From Fibrobacteria bacterium (GTDB lineage Bacteria > Fibrobacterota > Fibrobacteria > UBA11236): a DNA stretch of 40,216 bases. A model generated the notes under the pieces. It saw only the letters and a program-made list of their open reading frames with translations. It was not told where the DNA came from and did not search any database. The DNA is taken from contig JBGTHM010000118.1 in NCBI GenBank assembly GCA_041746255.1, positions 1-40,216 on the forward strand, written 5' to 3'. Below, piece by piece: positions 28,777-37,903 of the stretch. Position 1 is the first letter of the stretch. The number at the start of each line of letters is the position of its first letter. The position numbers were made by a program, and so were the translations under genes.

Positions 28777-29877
28777 TTACATGACCACCAATTCGGCGTT
28801 AAGCGCACCCGCTTTGTGTATGGCCTGGAAAATCGCGATGATATCGCGGGGACTCACTCCCAAAGCGTTCAGGGAACGGGAAATCTCGGCCACGCTGGTG
28901 GAACGCGGTAACACGCGCATTTCTGTTTTAGGCTCGTCAACCGTCATGCTCTCCGTATTGTTCTGCACCGTTTGCTGGGCCGCGCGACCTGGAGCCACAA
29001 CTCCCTGCACCTGAATTTGCTGATTCTGTTGCACTTCCACGGTTATCCCACCATGCGCCACCGCCACTTCGGCGATGGTGACACCGCCGCCCGCTATCAC
29101 CGTACCGGTTTTCTCGTTGAGCACCACCCGTGAAATCCCTGCCATTGCAAATTCCACGTTTTCCACTTCCGCAATAAAGCCCATGGGACTGTCTTTTCGA
29201 TCCGGAGGAACACGGACTCGAACGGTTACCGGATCAACCGCCTCCGCCAAAGCCGATCCGAACTGAGCGTTCAGCGCCGCCGCCATATTCACGGCGGAAC
29301 CGATGTCGGGATGCCTCAAGGCCAGAAACAATTCCTCGTTGGGAACGGCGCCAGCCGCGATTTCCTTCTGGATGATGGCCCCTCCTGGAATTTCGCCGGC
29401 CAAAACATGGTTTTTCTTGTAGCTCGACCGGCTGGCCTGGAAGGCTACCCCGCCTACGCTCAAGGCGCCTTGCGCCATCGCATGAAGCTCCCCATCGGGG
29501 CCCTGCAAAGGACTCATCAGCAGCGTACCGCCTTCCAGGCTGCGAGCATCCCCCATGCTGGAAACGGTAACGTCGATTTTACTTCCTTTTTTTTGGTAGG
29601 GGCTGATCTTTCCGATAACCATTACCGCTGCCACGTTACGCAATTGAATACGCGATTGGGGAACCTCTATTCCCAGGTTACGCAACATATTGATAGTACT
29701 TTGCGTCGTGAATTGGGTTCGCGGTCCGTCACCCGTTCCCCGCAATCCCACCACCAATCCATATCCGATGAGTTGCATCTCGCTTTGGCCGTCCAGTCGG
29801 GCCACGTCTTTCACGCGCGCCGGAAACAGACAGGCAACGGCAGTCATTACTAAGAAGAAAACCTTGGGTATGCGCAT
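28777..29877 (-). CDS. flgI: Flagellar basal body P-ring protein
   Basis: RVKDVA, QLIGYGLVVGL.GTGD, NVAAVMV, DVTVSSMGDARSLEGGTLL, VVLNEKTGTVI, LNALGVSPRDII...AGALNAEL. Confidence 0.97.
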   Translation of the reverse strand: MRIPKVFFLVMTAVACLFPARVKDVARLDGQSEMQLIGYGLVVGLRGTGDGPRTQFTTQSTINMLRNLGIEVPQSRIQLRNVAAVMVIGKISPYQKKGSKIDVTVSSMGDARSLEGGTLLMSPLQGPDGELHAMAQGALSVGGVAFQASRSSYKKNHVLAGEIPGGAIIQKEIAAGAVPNEELFLALRHPDIGSAVNMAAALNAQFGSALAEAVDPVTVRVRVPPDRKDSPMGFIAEVENVEFAMAGISRVVLNEKTGTVIAGGGVTIAEVAVAHGGITVEVQQNQQIQVQGVVAPGRAAQQTVQNNTESMTVDEPKTEMRVLPRSTSVAEISRSLNALGVSPRDIIAIFQAIHKAGALNAELVVM

Positions 29878-29886
29878 AAATCCCCT

Positions 29887-30456
29887 TCAAAAAATCCAAT
29901 GAAAAAAACGGGTGAACCAACCGGGCTTGGAAGCGTTGGCGCCGGTACCTTCACCCGAATAATGAATCCGGGCATCCGCTATTTTCGAACTATAAATGGT
30001 GTTATCCGCCGAAATATCCTCAGAACGAACGATTCCGGAGACGCGGAGAATCTCCTTTTCGTCGTTTACTTCGACTTCCTTGTTCCCTTCGATCAGCAAG
30101 TTTCCATTATCATAAACCTTGACCACGCGCGCCGAAACCGTGGCCTTCACTTGACCCGCCCGCGAGGTTTTCCCCTGCCCGTTATACTTATTGTCTGTAC
30201 CCATTCCCGCCCCCATGCCGGGAATGAAATTCAGCGCCCCTCTACCCGCGCCCACATCGACGGACGCCGCCTGCGATTCGTCGGTTTGGGTTTTCGTATC
30301 GTTACTCGCTTTGGCATTCTCAACCACCAACACGGTTATTACATCTTCAAGGCGTTTGGCCTTTTTATCGGTGTAGAGGGATTGATAGGTCGGAGAGGCC
30401 CACAGCGTCACCGTTAACAGCAAGGGAAGACTTTTTTTCCACGGGAATCGGGACAT
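29887..30456 (-). CDS. flgH: Flagellar basal body L-ring protein
   Basis: SLYTDKKA...D.IT, VVKVYDNGNLLIEG.KEV.VN, SGIVR.EDI..DNTI.S.KIADARI.YSG, PGWF.RFF. AAGGAG precedes ATG 30456 (ORF track start 30480). Confidence 0.94.
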   Translation of the reverse strand: MSRFPWKKSLPLLLTVTLWASPTYQSLYTDKKAKRLEDVITVLVVENAKASNDTKTQTDESQAASVDVGAGRGALNFIPGMGAGMGTDNKYNGQGKTSRAGQVKATVSARVVKVYDNGNLLIEGNKEVEVNDEKEILRVSGIVRSEDISADNTIYSSKIADARIHYSGEGTGANASKPGWFTRFFHWIF

Positions 30457-30476
30457 ATTGATGCTCCTTTTCATTC

Positions 30477-31424
30477 TCAATGCGTCGCGTTCAACGGACG
30501 TAAAGTACCGTCGTCCAATACCCGCGCCCGCATGAGACGCCGGTTAGCCTTGTTTTGGGCCATGACGATTTCTCCGGCGGCGCCGTCCTGTTTGACAACA
30601 GCTTCCGCAGTCACTTCCACCAGGCCATGGGTTACCACCAGCGAAACCGTTTCCCCTCTGCGGACCAGGGGAGGCCATTCCACCAGGTTTGCGGAAAGCG
30701 TTCTTCCCGGTTTGATGATTTGCCGTGCCGTCGCAGACTTAGGATCAACGGAAGCGTTCAGGGAGGAATGCACATAGGTGGTTTCCACTCGGCGTAATTC
30801 CAGGTTATGCGGTCCCAGGGTTTCGCCCCGGGCGATTTTGCGCGACGCCATCCATACCTCTTCATAGCGGCGGAGATTAACCCAGGCCGTCCAATTAGCG
30901 ACCGGACTCCCGTCCAGCATCACACGGATTTCCACCCTACGACGCCCGCCCCTGATTCCATCCGGAAAATGAACTTGCAGGGAGTGCGGTTCGCGCGGAA
31001 TGATAATATCCCGCGGCAAGGGTAGCAGCGAAGCTTCCCATTCTCCCTCTTCCGGAAGCTTTCCTTCCAAAGCTTTGGAAATCTCCGCCTGTAACTTCGA
31101 TTCCTCCATTCGCACTCCGACACCCAATACGCGTACGATTTTGGATTCGCAGAGCATTTCCAATCGGGGCGATTGGCTCCGGGCAATGCGCCGACATAAA
31201 CCTTCGCTTTGCAATTCCAGGGTAGCCCCCGGAAGCGGCGCTTGCGCCACTTTCATTCCCCGTAGGCTTTCGGGTCCGCTAACCTCCGCAATGTCTCCCA
31301 AACGAATTTCCGGTCCGTACACCGTCACCTCATCACGAAAATTCACCGATACGGCGGCTTGAGCCGTCCGGAGTGAAAGCGATAACACGATGAATAGAAG
31401 GGACAGGATTAAGAGTTTATTCAT
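30477..31424 (-). CDS. flgA: Flagellar P-ring formation chaperone FlgA (long form)
   Basis: IRLGDIA N-terminal domain, SAF-like ASRKIARGE, PPLVRRGETV, DGAAGE.V...N; located between flgG and flgH. Confidence 0.9.
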   Translation of the reverse strand: MNKLLILSLLFIVLSLSLRTAQAAVSVNFRDEVTVYGPEIRLGDIAEVSGPESLRGMKVAQAPLPGATLELQSEGLCRRIARSQSPRLEMLCESKIVRVLGVGVRMEESKLQAEISKALEGKLPEEGEWEASLLPLPRDIIIPREPHSLQVHFPDGIRGGRRRVEIRVMLDGSPVANWTAWVNLRRYEEVWMASRKIARGETLGPHNLELRRVETTYVHSSLNASVDPKSATARQIIKPGRTLSANLVEWPPLVRRGETVSLVVTHGLVEVTAEAVVKQDGAAGEIVMAQNKANRRLMRARVLDDGTLRPLNATH

Positions 31425-31427
31425 GGA

Positions 31428-32216
31428 TCAGTTTTTCAATTGATTGGCAGTTTGCAGCATATCGTCGGAAGTTTTAATGGCCTTGGAGGAGATTTCATAC
31501 GCCCTTTGTGCGACAATCATATTCACCATTTCTTCCACCATTTCCACATTGGAAGCTTCGATAAAGCCCTGGGAAACCATTCCCAAGCCTTCCATGCCGG
31601 GAAGATTGATCATGGGTTGGCCGCTGGCCGGCGTTTCGCCGTAAAGATTTCCCCCCAGACTTTTCAATCCACCTTCGTTCTGGAAATACGCCAATTCCAT
31701 TTGCCCGATTTCTTCATATTGGCCGCTTTCGCGGTTCAAGGTGGAAACGCGGCCTTGCGGATCGATCACAACCTCATTGCTTCCCTCGGGAACCACGATG
31801 CTGGGTTCGATGGAATAACCGCTGGAAGTAACCAGCTCGCCGTCTGCCGAGAGTTTGAAGGCGCCATCCCGGGTATAGGCGATTTCACCATTGGGCATGG
31901 AAACCTGGAAAAATCCCGATCCGCTTACGGCCAGGTCGAAGGGGTTTTTGGTTTCCTGGAGATTTCCCTGCATGAAAATTTTCTGATTGGCCATGGTACG
32001 TACACCCAAACCGACCTGCAACGAAGCCGGCGAACGAGCCCCTTCCTGGGGAGCCATGCCCGGCGCCACCATGGTTTGGTACAGCAGGTCCTGAAACTCA
32101 AGCTTCGACTTCTTATAACCGGAAGTGTTTACGTTGGAAAGATTATTCGCGATATTGTCCACGTAAAGCTGATTCGCTTTCATGCCGGTGGCGGAGGTGT
32201 ACAAACTTCTAATCAT
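31428..32216 (-). CDS. flgG: Flagellar basal body distal rod protein FlgG
   Basis: MIRSLYTSATGM.A, IANNLSNVNTSGYKK...FQDLLYQ, QVGLGV, YTRDGAF, QGFIEASNV.MVEEMVNMI.AQRAYE..SKAI.TSD.ML. Confidence 0.97.
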   Translation of the reverse strand: MIRSLYTSATGMKANQLYVDNIANNLSNVNTSGYKKSKLEFQDLLYQTMVAPGMAPQEGARSPASLQVGLGVRTMANQKIFMQGNLQETKNPFDLAVSGSGFFQVSMPNGEIAYTRDGAFKLSADGELVTSSGYSIEPSIVVPEGSNEVVIDPQGRVSTLNRESGQYEEIGQMELAYFQNEGGLKSLGGNLYGETPASGQPMINLPGMEGLGMVSQGFIEASNVEMVEEMVNMIVAQRAYEISSKAIKTSDDMLQTANQLKN

Positions 32217-32263
32217 GGTTTACTCCTTGCTCTCTGTATCGAGAGACCCAAATCGCCTGGCGG

Positions 32264-32998
32264 TCAGACCTTGCCTACTTCGTTAACGGCTTTACCCAAA
32301 GTCTCATCAATGGCGCGTACCGCTTTTGAATCCGCTTCAAAATTGCGTTGATACGAAATCATCTGCACCATGGACGAGACCACGTCTACATTCGATCCTT
32401 CCAGAAAGCCCTGCTTCAGTTCCGTTTGCGCGGCCTGCAGGGGAAAGTTGATTCCGGGTTGAAGGTTGACGAACATCGATTCCCCCTGAGACCGGAGAAA
32501 ACTTCTGTCGGCGAATTCCACCACACCTAAGGTCGCAAGCTTATTTCCATCGACTACCACGCCGCCATCATCCAGAAAATGGATGTCCTTGCCAATCGCC
32601 CGAATCGGGGCTCCCATATCGTCCAAAACTCTATGGCCACCCAATGTCACGATTTCGTCTTCGGTATTGAGGGCGAAACCGCCGTTGCGGGTGTATCGAT
32701 CTCCGGCCGGTGTCTGGATGGTGAAAAAGCCGTTTCCGGAAAGAGCCACATCCATTTTATTACCCGTTTGCACCAAAGGCCCTTGCGTAAACGCCGTCGC
32801 CACCTCATCCATGCGCTGGTTTTCGTCATGGTGTAATTCGTGCAAGTCGTTCCGCGCGTTACGGACTTCGGCATGGGTCAATGCCATGGCCGTCTTGAAC
32901 CCGGTGGTATTCGCATTCGCCAGATTATTGGAAACGACGTCCTGTTTATGGACGAGATTCGTCATACCCAAGGCTGCGGTGTAGAGTCCATTAACCAT
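32264..32998 (-). CDS. flgF: Flagellar basal body rod protein FlgF
   Basis: GLYTAA.GM, SNNLANANTTGFK, QG.L.QTGN..DVAL.G.GFF, YTRNG.F, QGFLEGSNV; first gene before flgG; GGAGG RBS. Confidence 0.9.
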   Translation of the reverse strand: MVNGLYTAALGMTNLVHKQDVVSNNLANANTTGFKTAMALTHAEVRNARNDLHELHHDENQRMDEVATAFTQGPLVQTGNKMDVALSGNGFFTIQTPAGDRYTRNGGFALNTEDEIVTLGGHRVLDDMGAPIRAIGKDIHFLDDGGVVVDGNKLATLGVVEFADRSFLRSQGESMFVNLQPGINFPLQAAQTELKQGFLEGSNVDVVSSMVQMISYQRNFEADSKAVRAIDETLGKAVNEVGKV

Positions 32999-33024
32999 AA
33001 ATCCTCCCGATACGGAAAGATTAG

Positions 33025-33040
33025 AGCAAATGCCGGGCCA
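33025..33040 (-). promoter_or_regulatory. Sigma54 (RpoN) -24/-12 promoter of the flgF operon
   Basis: The minus strand reads TGGCCCGGCATTTGCT, an exact GG-N10-GC spacing close to the consensus TGGCAC-N5-TTGCW, 26 nt upstream of the flgF ATG. Confidence 0.8.
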
Positions 33041-33070
33041 TATCCCATGAGGGTCGTTTTACAGGAGAAG

Positions 33071-33147
33071 GGGAACTTATGTTGGGCTAAGGGGAACCGG
33101 TTGACCAAGGGTGGGAAATTATTGCCGGGGCGAGGCGAAAAATTCCC
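33071..33147. promoter_or_regulatory. Array of four 14-bp motifs at 21-bp period, candidate enhancer-binding-protein sites
   Basis: GGGAACTTATGTTG (33071), GGGAACCGGTTGAC (33092), GGGAAATTATTGCC (33113) and GGCGAAAAATTCCC (33134), upstream of the sigma54 promoter. Confidence 0.5.
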
Positions 33148-33925
33148 TTTGCAGCTTCAGGAAATGCTGAACCGCGGCTTCCCCCGTATCTCCCAAATCC
33201 AGAGTGTAATCATTCACATACAGCTCAATATGCGCACGCATTACTTCCGGAGCAAGGTCTTGGGCATACCGGCGGCACACTTCCAAAGCTTCGTCTTCAT
33301 GTGCTCGTGCCCACTCCAGGCTTTCCCGGATTAGCTTTTGCAAGGCTTCCCTCTCGTCAGCCCTTTCCCGGCTCAAAGCGATGGCCCCCAGGGGAATGGG
33401 GAAACCGGTTTCGTCTTCCCAATAGGCGCCGAGATCCCGGAAAAGTTTCAGGCCGTCGCGGTGGTAGGTAAACCTTTTTTCATGGATAACCACTCCCTGC
33501 GACTTCGGTTCCTTCAGCAAACGTTCGTACAATTCGTCGAAAGCCAAAAAGTGTTTGCCGACAGCCTGGCTTAAAAAATAATCCAGCAGGAAATTGGCCG
33601 TGGTAAATTCTCCGGGTACATAGAGAACGCCCGCAGGATCGAATTCACTTTCGCAATAGCGCCCGCCCAGCAGCAAGGGACCGCAACCACGACCCAGAGC
33701 GCCGCCGTTCGAAAGCAATATGTATTGGGTGTCACAATTTCTATAATTTGCATAACTGATTTTCACCAAGTCGAAATCACCGGTCTGGGCCCGCCGGTTC
33801 AACGTCTCGATATCTTCGAAGTGAAAGCGAAAATCGACATCCGGAGACCCGACGCGCCGCAAAATCAATCCGCTGAATACGAATACATCGTTTGGACAGG
33901 GAGAAATCCCGATATTCATCAACAT
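33119..33925 (-). CDS. mqnD: 1,4-dihydroxy-6-naphthoate synthase (futalosine pathway)
   Basis: ISPCPND.F.F, DIETLN, KISY, GGALGRGCGPL, PGEFTTA, VIHE.RFTY, DLG.YWE.ETG.PIPLG, HIELYVN. Confidence 0.95.
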   Translation of the reverse strand: MLMNIGISPCPNDVFVFSGLILRRVGSPDVDFRFHFEDIETLNRRAQTGDFDLVKISYANYRNCDTQYILLSNGGALGRGCGPLLLGGRYCESEFDPAGVLYVPGEFTTANFLLDYFLSQAVGKHFLAFDELYERLLKEPKSQGVVIHEKRFTYHRDGLKLFRDLGAYWEDETGFPIPLGAIALSRERADEREALQKLIRESLEWARAHEDEALEVCRRYAQDLAPEVMRAHIELYVNDYTLDLGDTGEAAVQHFLKLQREFFASPRQ

Positions 33926-34677
33926 AAGCCCTCAGCGACCAGGGCTTCGATATACCCGCGAAGGTTGGTCAAGGCGCGGTTCACATTCGCTTTCTGCATG
34001 TCGCGCGTCGAGGCGAAATTGCTGATGGCCCGCAATTCGACTACTGGAAAACCATATAGCTGCCCGATATGGGCTATCGCGGCGCCTTCCTGGGTTTCGA
34101 AATCCGCTCCGAATAACCGGCGCCGCATGGTACCGGTCCGCCTGGTGCCCGTGCAGGTATTGACGGTCAATCCCTTGCCCAAACTCGCGGTGGCTCTACC
34201 GTGTCCCTTCAGCAGCCATTCGGAGGGACAGTGGAGCGGAAAGGAAGAGGCATAGGTCTTTCCTCCATCCCCGGATTGCGCCAGCAGCTCATCCGGGAAG
34301 GGCGTAAACATCGCCGCCTCTTCGCTGGTCTCGTAACCGATATCACCATAAGCATCGCTTTCACCCAGCACCAAATCGCCGATGCGCAAGCCGGACTCCG
34401 CATACGCCCCGGCGATGCCGATATTCAGCAAAAGCCGTGGCCTAACTCCAAGTACCAGAGGAATCAATCGCGATAAGGCCAAGGGAGTACCCAAGCCGCT
34501 GAGGCAGAGAATGCGACCCTCACTCTCACGCCAAAAGGGAGGCGATAATAAGTCATGGGATTTTCCGGGAAAGCAGGCCTCCATTTCCAAAGCCGTAGCG
34601 GCTACAACCCATACCCGGCCCGGCTCCGGAAAATCAGGCAAGTACGTCCTCCCATCCCGCTCCCCCCAGCAATTCAT
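33919..34677 (-). CDS. mqnB: Futalosine hydrolase (PNP/MTAN fold)
   Basis: VVAAT.LE, LNIGIAGAY, LTVNTCTGT, ETQEGAA (usually ExMEGAA) and ELRAISN. Overlaps mqnD. Start uncertain. Confidence 0.82.
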   Translation of the reverse strand: MNCWGERDGRTYLPDFPEPGRVWVVAATALEMEACFPGKSHDLLSPPFWRESEGRILCLSGLGTPLALSRLIPLVLGVRPRLLLNIGIAGAYAESGLRIGDLVLGESDAYGDIGYETSEEAAMFTPFPDELLAQSGDGGKTYASSFPLHCPSEWLLKGHGRATASLGKGLTVNTCTGTRRTGTMRRRLFGADFETQEGAAIAHIGQLYGFPVVELRAISNFASTRDMQKANVNRALTNLRGYIEALVAEGLC

Positions 34678-35569
34678 CCCTAAGTTTCAAAGCGGTTTTG
34701 GCATCGTATTCCGCCGGCAGTAATGTCAGGCAACTGGCCATGCCCAATGCCAGGGCTTCAGAAAAAGCCTCGGGGGTATCCAGGCCGGTTAATTTATAGT
34801 GGAGAAAGGCGCCCGCCACGACATCGCCTCCTCCAATGGGGTTCAAGGTGCCGGACAAAGAGGGAAGCTTTAGGGTACGGATCGGATTCCCCACAGCCAG
34901 AATCCGCGCAGGAGCGGGCCCATCCGTTACCAGGCAAACCGGGCCCTTTCCCTGAGGCGCGAGCTCGCGACCCCATTTGGCCCGAAGAATTTCATATTCC
35001 CGCGCATTCACTTTAAGAAAATCCGTCCGCGCGAGCAATTCCGGAGTCACTTCCTTCCAGGCGTCTACCAGAATAAGGGGAGCGCGGGTTTTGGCCAGCA
35101 AATCGGCGTAGATGCCGGCTGGGCAACCCGTAGGCACCGTCCCGCAGATCAGAATTGCTGCATATTTCCCGTTTACCGCTTCCAGGGTCGCTTCCACTTC
35201 CTGTTGTATGGCCGCTTCGGTGGTCCTGATGGGAACTGCGAAAGGGGCGATGATTTCGGTTGCGGTATGCGCCGTCGAATCCAATAATGTCATGGCATAC
35301 CGGGTTTCGGAGTCCACCCAGATATGCAGGCTGCGGATACCGAAATTTTCACAAGCCTCAAGGCATTTTCGCCCACGCTCTCCACCTAGAATCTGGAGCA
35401 AATCGACCTGATGCCCTAAAGCAGCAAGAGTCCGGGCGGCATTGAGACCTTTTCCCGAGGCGACTTCATAAGCAGCCAACGCCCGGTTGACCTCACCCAT
35501 TTCCAGCCGGGGCAAATGCGCGACCATTTGCCAAGCCGGATTCAAGCCGATTACGAGTATTTGCGACAC
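34634..35569 (-). CDS. PfkB-family (1-phosphofructokinase-like) carbohydrate kinase
   Basis: LNPA, GEVNRA, ASGKGLNAAR, ETR, LKVNARE, NPIGGGD. Confidence 0.88.
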   Translation of the reverse strand: MSQILVIGLNPAWQMVAHLPRLEMGEVNRALAAYEVASGKGLNAARTLAALGHQVDLLQILGGERGRKCLEACENFGIRSLHIWVDSETRYAMTLLDSTAHTATEIIAPFAVPIRTTEAAIQQEVEATLEAVNGKYAAILICGTVPTGCPAGIYADLLAKTRAPLILVDAWKEVTPELLARTDFLKVNAREYEILRAKWGRELAPQGKGPVCLVTDGPAPARILAVGNPIRTLKLPSLSGTLNPIGGGDVVAGAFLHYKLTGLDTPEAFSEALALGMASCLTLLPAEYDAKTALKLRDELLGGAGWEDVLA

Positions 35570-35606
35570 AGTTTAAAACTAATAAGGACGAGGCGATTGC
35601 CAAGCT

Positions 35607-35629
35607 GAAAGTAAAAGGCCTAGCGGCCT
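35607..35629 (-). terminator. Weak candidate terminator downstream of the diguanylate cyclase gene
   Basis: The minus strand reads AGGCC-GCTA-GGCCT followed by TTTACTTTC. Confidence 0.3.
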
Positions 35630-35649
35630 AATTTAACAGCCGGTTCGAC

Positions 35650-37824
35650 TTAGGTCCATCCATTGGCGACAGGTGATGGATTGGGAGAGGAGAAAAAGGT
35701 GACCTGATTGCGGCCATTTTCTTTGCTGCGATACATGGCTTTGTCGGCATTGTCGATAAGCGCCTGCTTCGTCTGCCCATTGTGGGGGAAAACCGCCGCG
35801 CCTACGCTCACCGTAACATGCAACAGTTTATCTTCATTCCTTATTTCCACGCTTTCGACGGCCTGGCGAATTCTTTCGGCCAGTATTGGAGCTTGCTGCT
35901 CGTCCGTTTGCGTAAGCACTACGACGAATTCCTCGCCTCCATAACGGGCGCAAAAGTCGGTGCTACGAATGGATCCTTCCAAAGCCTTGGCAACCATTTG
36001 TAAAACCAAATCCCCTACGGGATGGCCATAGGTATCGTTGAATTTTTTGAAATGGTCGATATCCAACAACAAGAGGGTAAGCGGGTATTCATATCGGCGG
36101 CAACGCTCGAGTTCGGTATCCATCGAGTCCTGGAACTTGCGGTGATTGGCGATTTGCGTCAACCCGTCCACTGTGGCCTGCTTCTCCATCTCCATATACA
36201 TCCAGGCCTTACTCAAAGAAGAGTTGACCGTGTTCATGATGGTTTCCAACAATTGCAATTCCGGCTGTGAATAACTTCCGGAGCGGTTCGATTCCAAGCC
36301 CACCACAGCCCATAATTGCTTCATGTCGTCCTGTACGGGCGCTAAGAGAAGGTTTTGTGGCTTGATCGCCTGTGCCTCCTCCCAGTCGAAGCGCTCCATA
36401 CCCTGCCGATTGCGATAACCCTCAATTAATACCGCTTGACGATTCCGGAAAATGCTGCCGTAAACGCTACGCTGGTTTTGCACATCGAACTCGCGTCCGA
36501 TTTCCATTCCCGTATCGTCACCGACCACCCGCCAAAGCACCCCACGCCCGTTTTGCGGATTGCAGGTGCAAATGACCAATCGGTCATGCCGAAAGGCCTT
36601 GGTCAGCGATTGGATGAGCGCGTCGAAAACCTCTTCGGGTTTGAGGCCCGTCGATAGAGTCTTCGACATTTCGTACAAACTTTCCGATCGCTTCGCGGCT
36701 TCGCTCATATGGTAGCTCAGCTCGGCGGAACTGATAATGTCGGAGGCGATTTGCGTGAAACGCCTCATCAATTCCTTGTGTTCGTCGCTAAAGGCGCGTA
36801 CCGACTCAGAATCCACCAGTAAAAGCCCTTGCAAGCGCTTTTCGCCCACGTCCATGATGGGCATGGCCATTAGGGAATTGATATTTTCGCGCGTGGTATA
36901 GTAATCCGCCCGGGCGCCGAACGATTTCAGGTTTCCCGTGAAAAATCCTGCGGGTTTGGTCGCGGCTTCTCCCACCACTCCCTGCCCCACCCCGATACTG
37001 CAATCGTAATCGAAGTTCTCGCTTTTCGTGACCACCGAAGTCAGCACCAACTTATCCTTGGATTCGTTCAGAAGAAAGCCAATGGAGGTTTGCGCCCGAA
37101 AGAGGCGGCTCATAAAGAAAACCACCGAGTCCAGTCGTTCTTTGATGGTTTGCATGGCTTGTTCGCCCTGCTTCTCCAGATAAATGCGGCTAAAAAACCG
37201 GGTTTGCCGGCCGTCCAATTCCAAATTCCCAACCTGGCTGGGGTCGCGGCTGGCATCGGGTACCGGACTCGCGGCGGCTTCGGGGATGGTACGGCGTTTC
37301 TCCATGAAGGCGGGGCTGCCGGAGACGCGCCTTTGAAATCCCAAGAGAAGGATTTGGAAAAGCGCTACGCTCAAAATCGGAAATATTTTCGTCATAAGTC
37401 CCGAATAATCTCCCTGACCGGGATTCACAGTGATTGAACCGGGAAGAAAGGGGGCAAGTTCATTGACAATGTGTATGAGGGTGCTTAAAAAGAGCGTCAT
37501 CAGAATAAACACCGAGTGCAAGGGGTGCGCCCATGTGCCGATTAAAGCCGAAACCCCAAAAAGCACCGCCAGATTGAATTGGAAGCCCGGCCCGCCAAGA
37601 GCGAAGGTTCCCAGCCAGGCCACTGCAAAGAGCCAGGCGGTTTGGTGTAAATAACTGAGCCGATAGGTACCCTGGTAATAACGGGTAAAAAACAGGAAAA
37701 GGCCGGTCAGTGCCACGACCAGAAGAGCGAAACCAACGGGATATTCATTCCTGCCGAAGGCGGGAAGGTATTGAGGCCCCAGTATAGCCACCAACAAAAC
37801 CAGGAGGGAGTGAATTTTCTCCAT
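35650..37824 (-). CDS. Membrane-bound diguanylate cyclase (TM-GAF-GAF-GGDEF)
   Basis: N-terminal TM helices, two GAF-like regions, DGLTQIANHR, DIDHFKKFNDTYGH..GD, RSTD I-site, ARYGGEEF, ADKAMY.SK..GRN. Confidence 0.95.
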   Translation of the reverse strand: MEKIHSLLVLLVAILGPQYLPAFGRNEYPVGFALLVVALTGLFLFFTRYYQGTYRLSYLHQTAWLFAVAWLGTFALGGPGFQFNLAVLFGVSALIGTWAHPLHSVFILMTLFLSTLIHIVNELAPFLPGSITVNPGQGDYSGLMTKIFPILSVALFQILLLGFQRRVSGSPAFMEKRRTIPEAAASPVPDASRDPSQVGNLELDGRQTRFFSRIYLEKQGEQAMQTIKERLDSVVFFMSRLFRAQTSIGFLLNESKDKLVLTSVVTKSENFDYDCSIGVGQGVVGEAATKPAGFFTGNLKSFGARADYYTTRENINSLMAMPIMDVGEKRLQGLLLVDSESVRAFSDEHKELMRRFTQIASDIISSAELSYHMSEAAKRSESLYEMSKTLSTGLKPEEVFDALIQSLTKAFRHDRLVICTCNPQNGRGVLWRVVGDDTGMEIGREFDVQNQRSVYGSIFRNRQAVLIEGYRNRQGMERFDWEEAQAIKPQNLLLAPVQDDMKQLWAVVGLESNRSGSYSQPELQLLETIMNTVNSSLSKAWMYMEMEKQATVDGLTQIANHRKFQDSMDTELERCRRYEYPLTLLLLDIDHFKKFNDTYGHPVGDLVLQMVAKALEGSIRSTDFCARYGGEEFVVVLTQTDEQQAPILAERIRQAVESVEIRNEDKLLHVTVSVGAAVFPHNGQTKQALIDNADKAMYRSKENGRNQVTFFSSPNPSPVANGWT

Positions 37825-37903
37825 GAGGTACCTAGTTACAGGACTGGGGTGGTTTTGCTAAGATTAAGGGCTTTTCCAAAAGCGGGATCCTTTTCCCAAA
37901 CAC

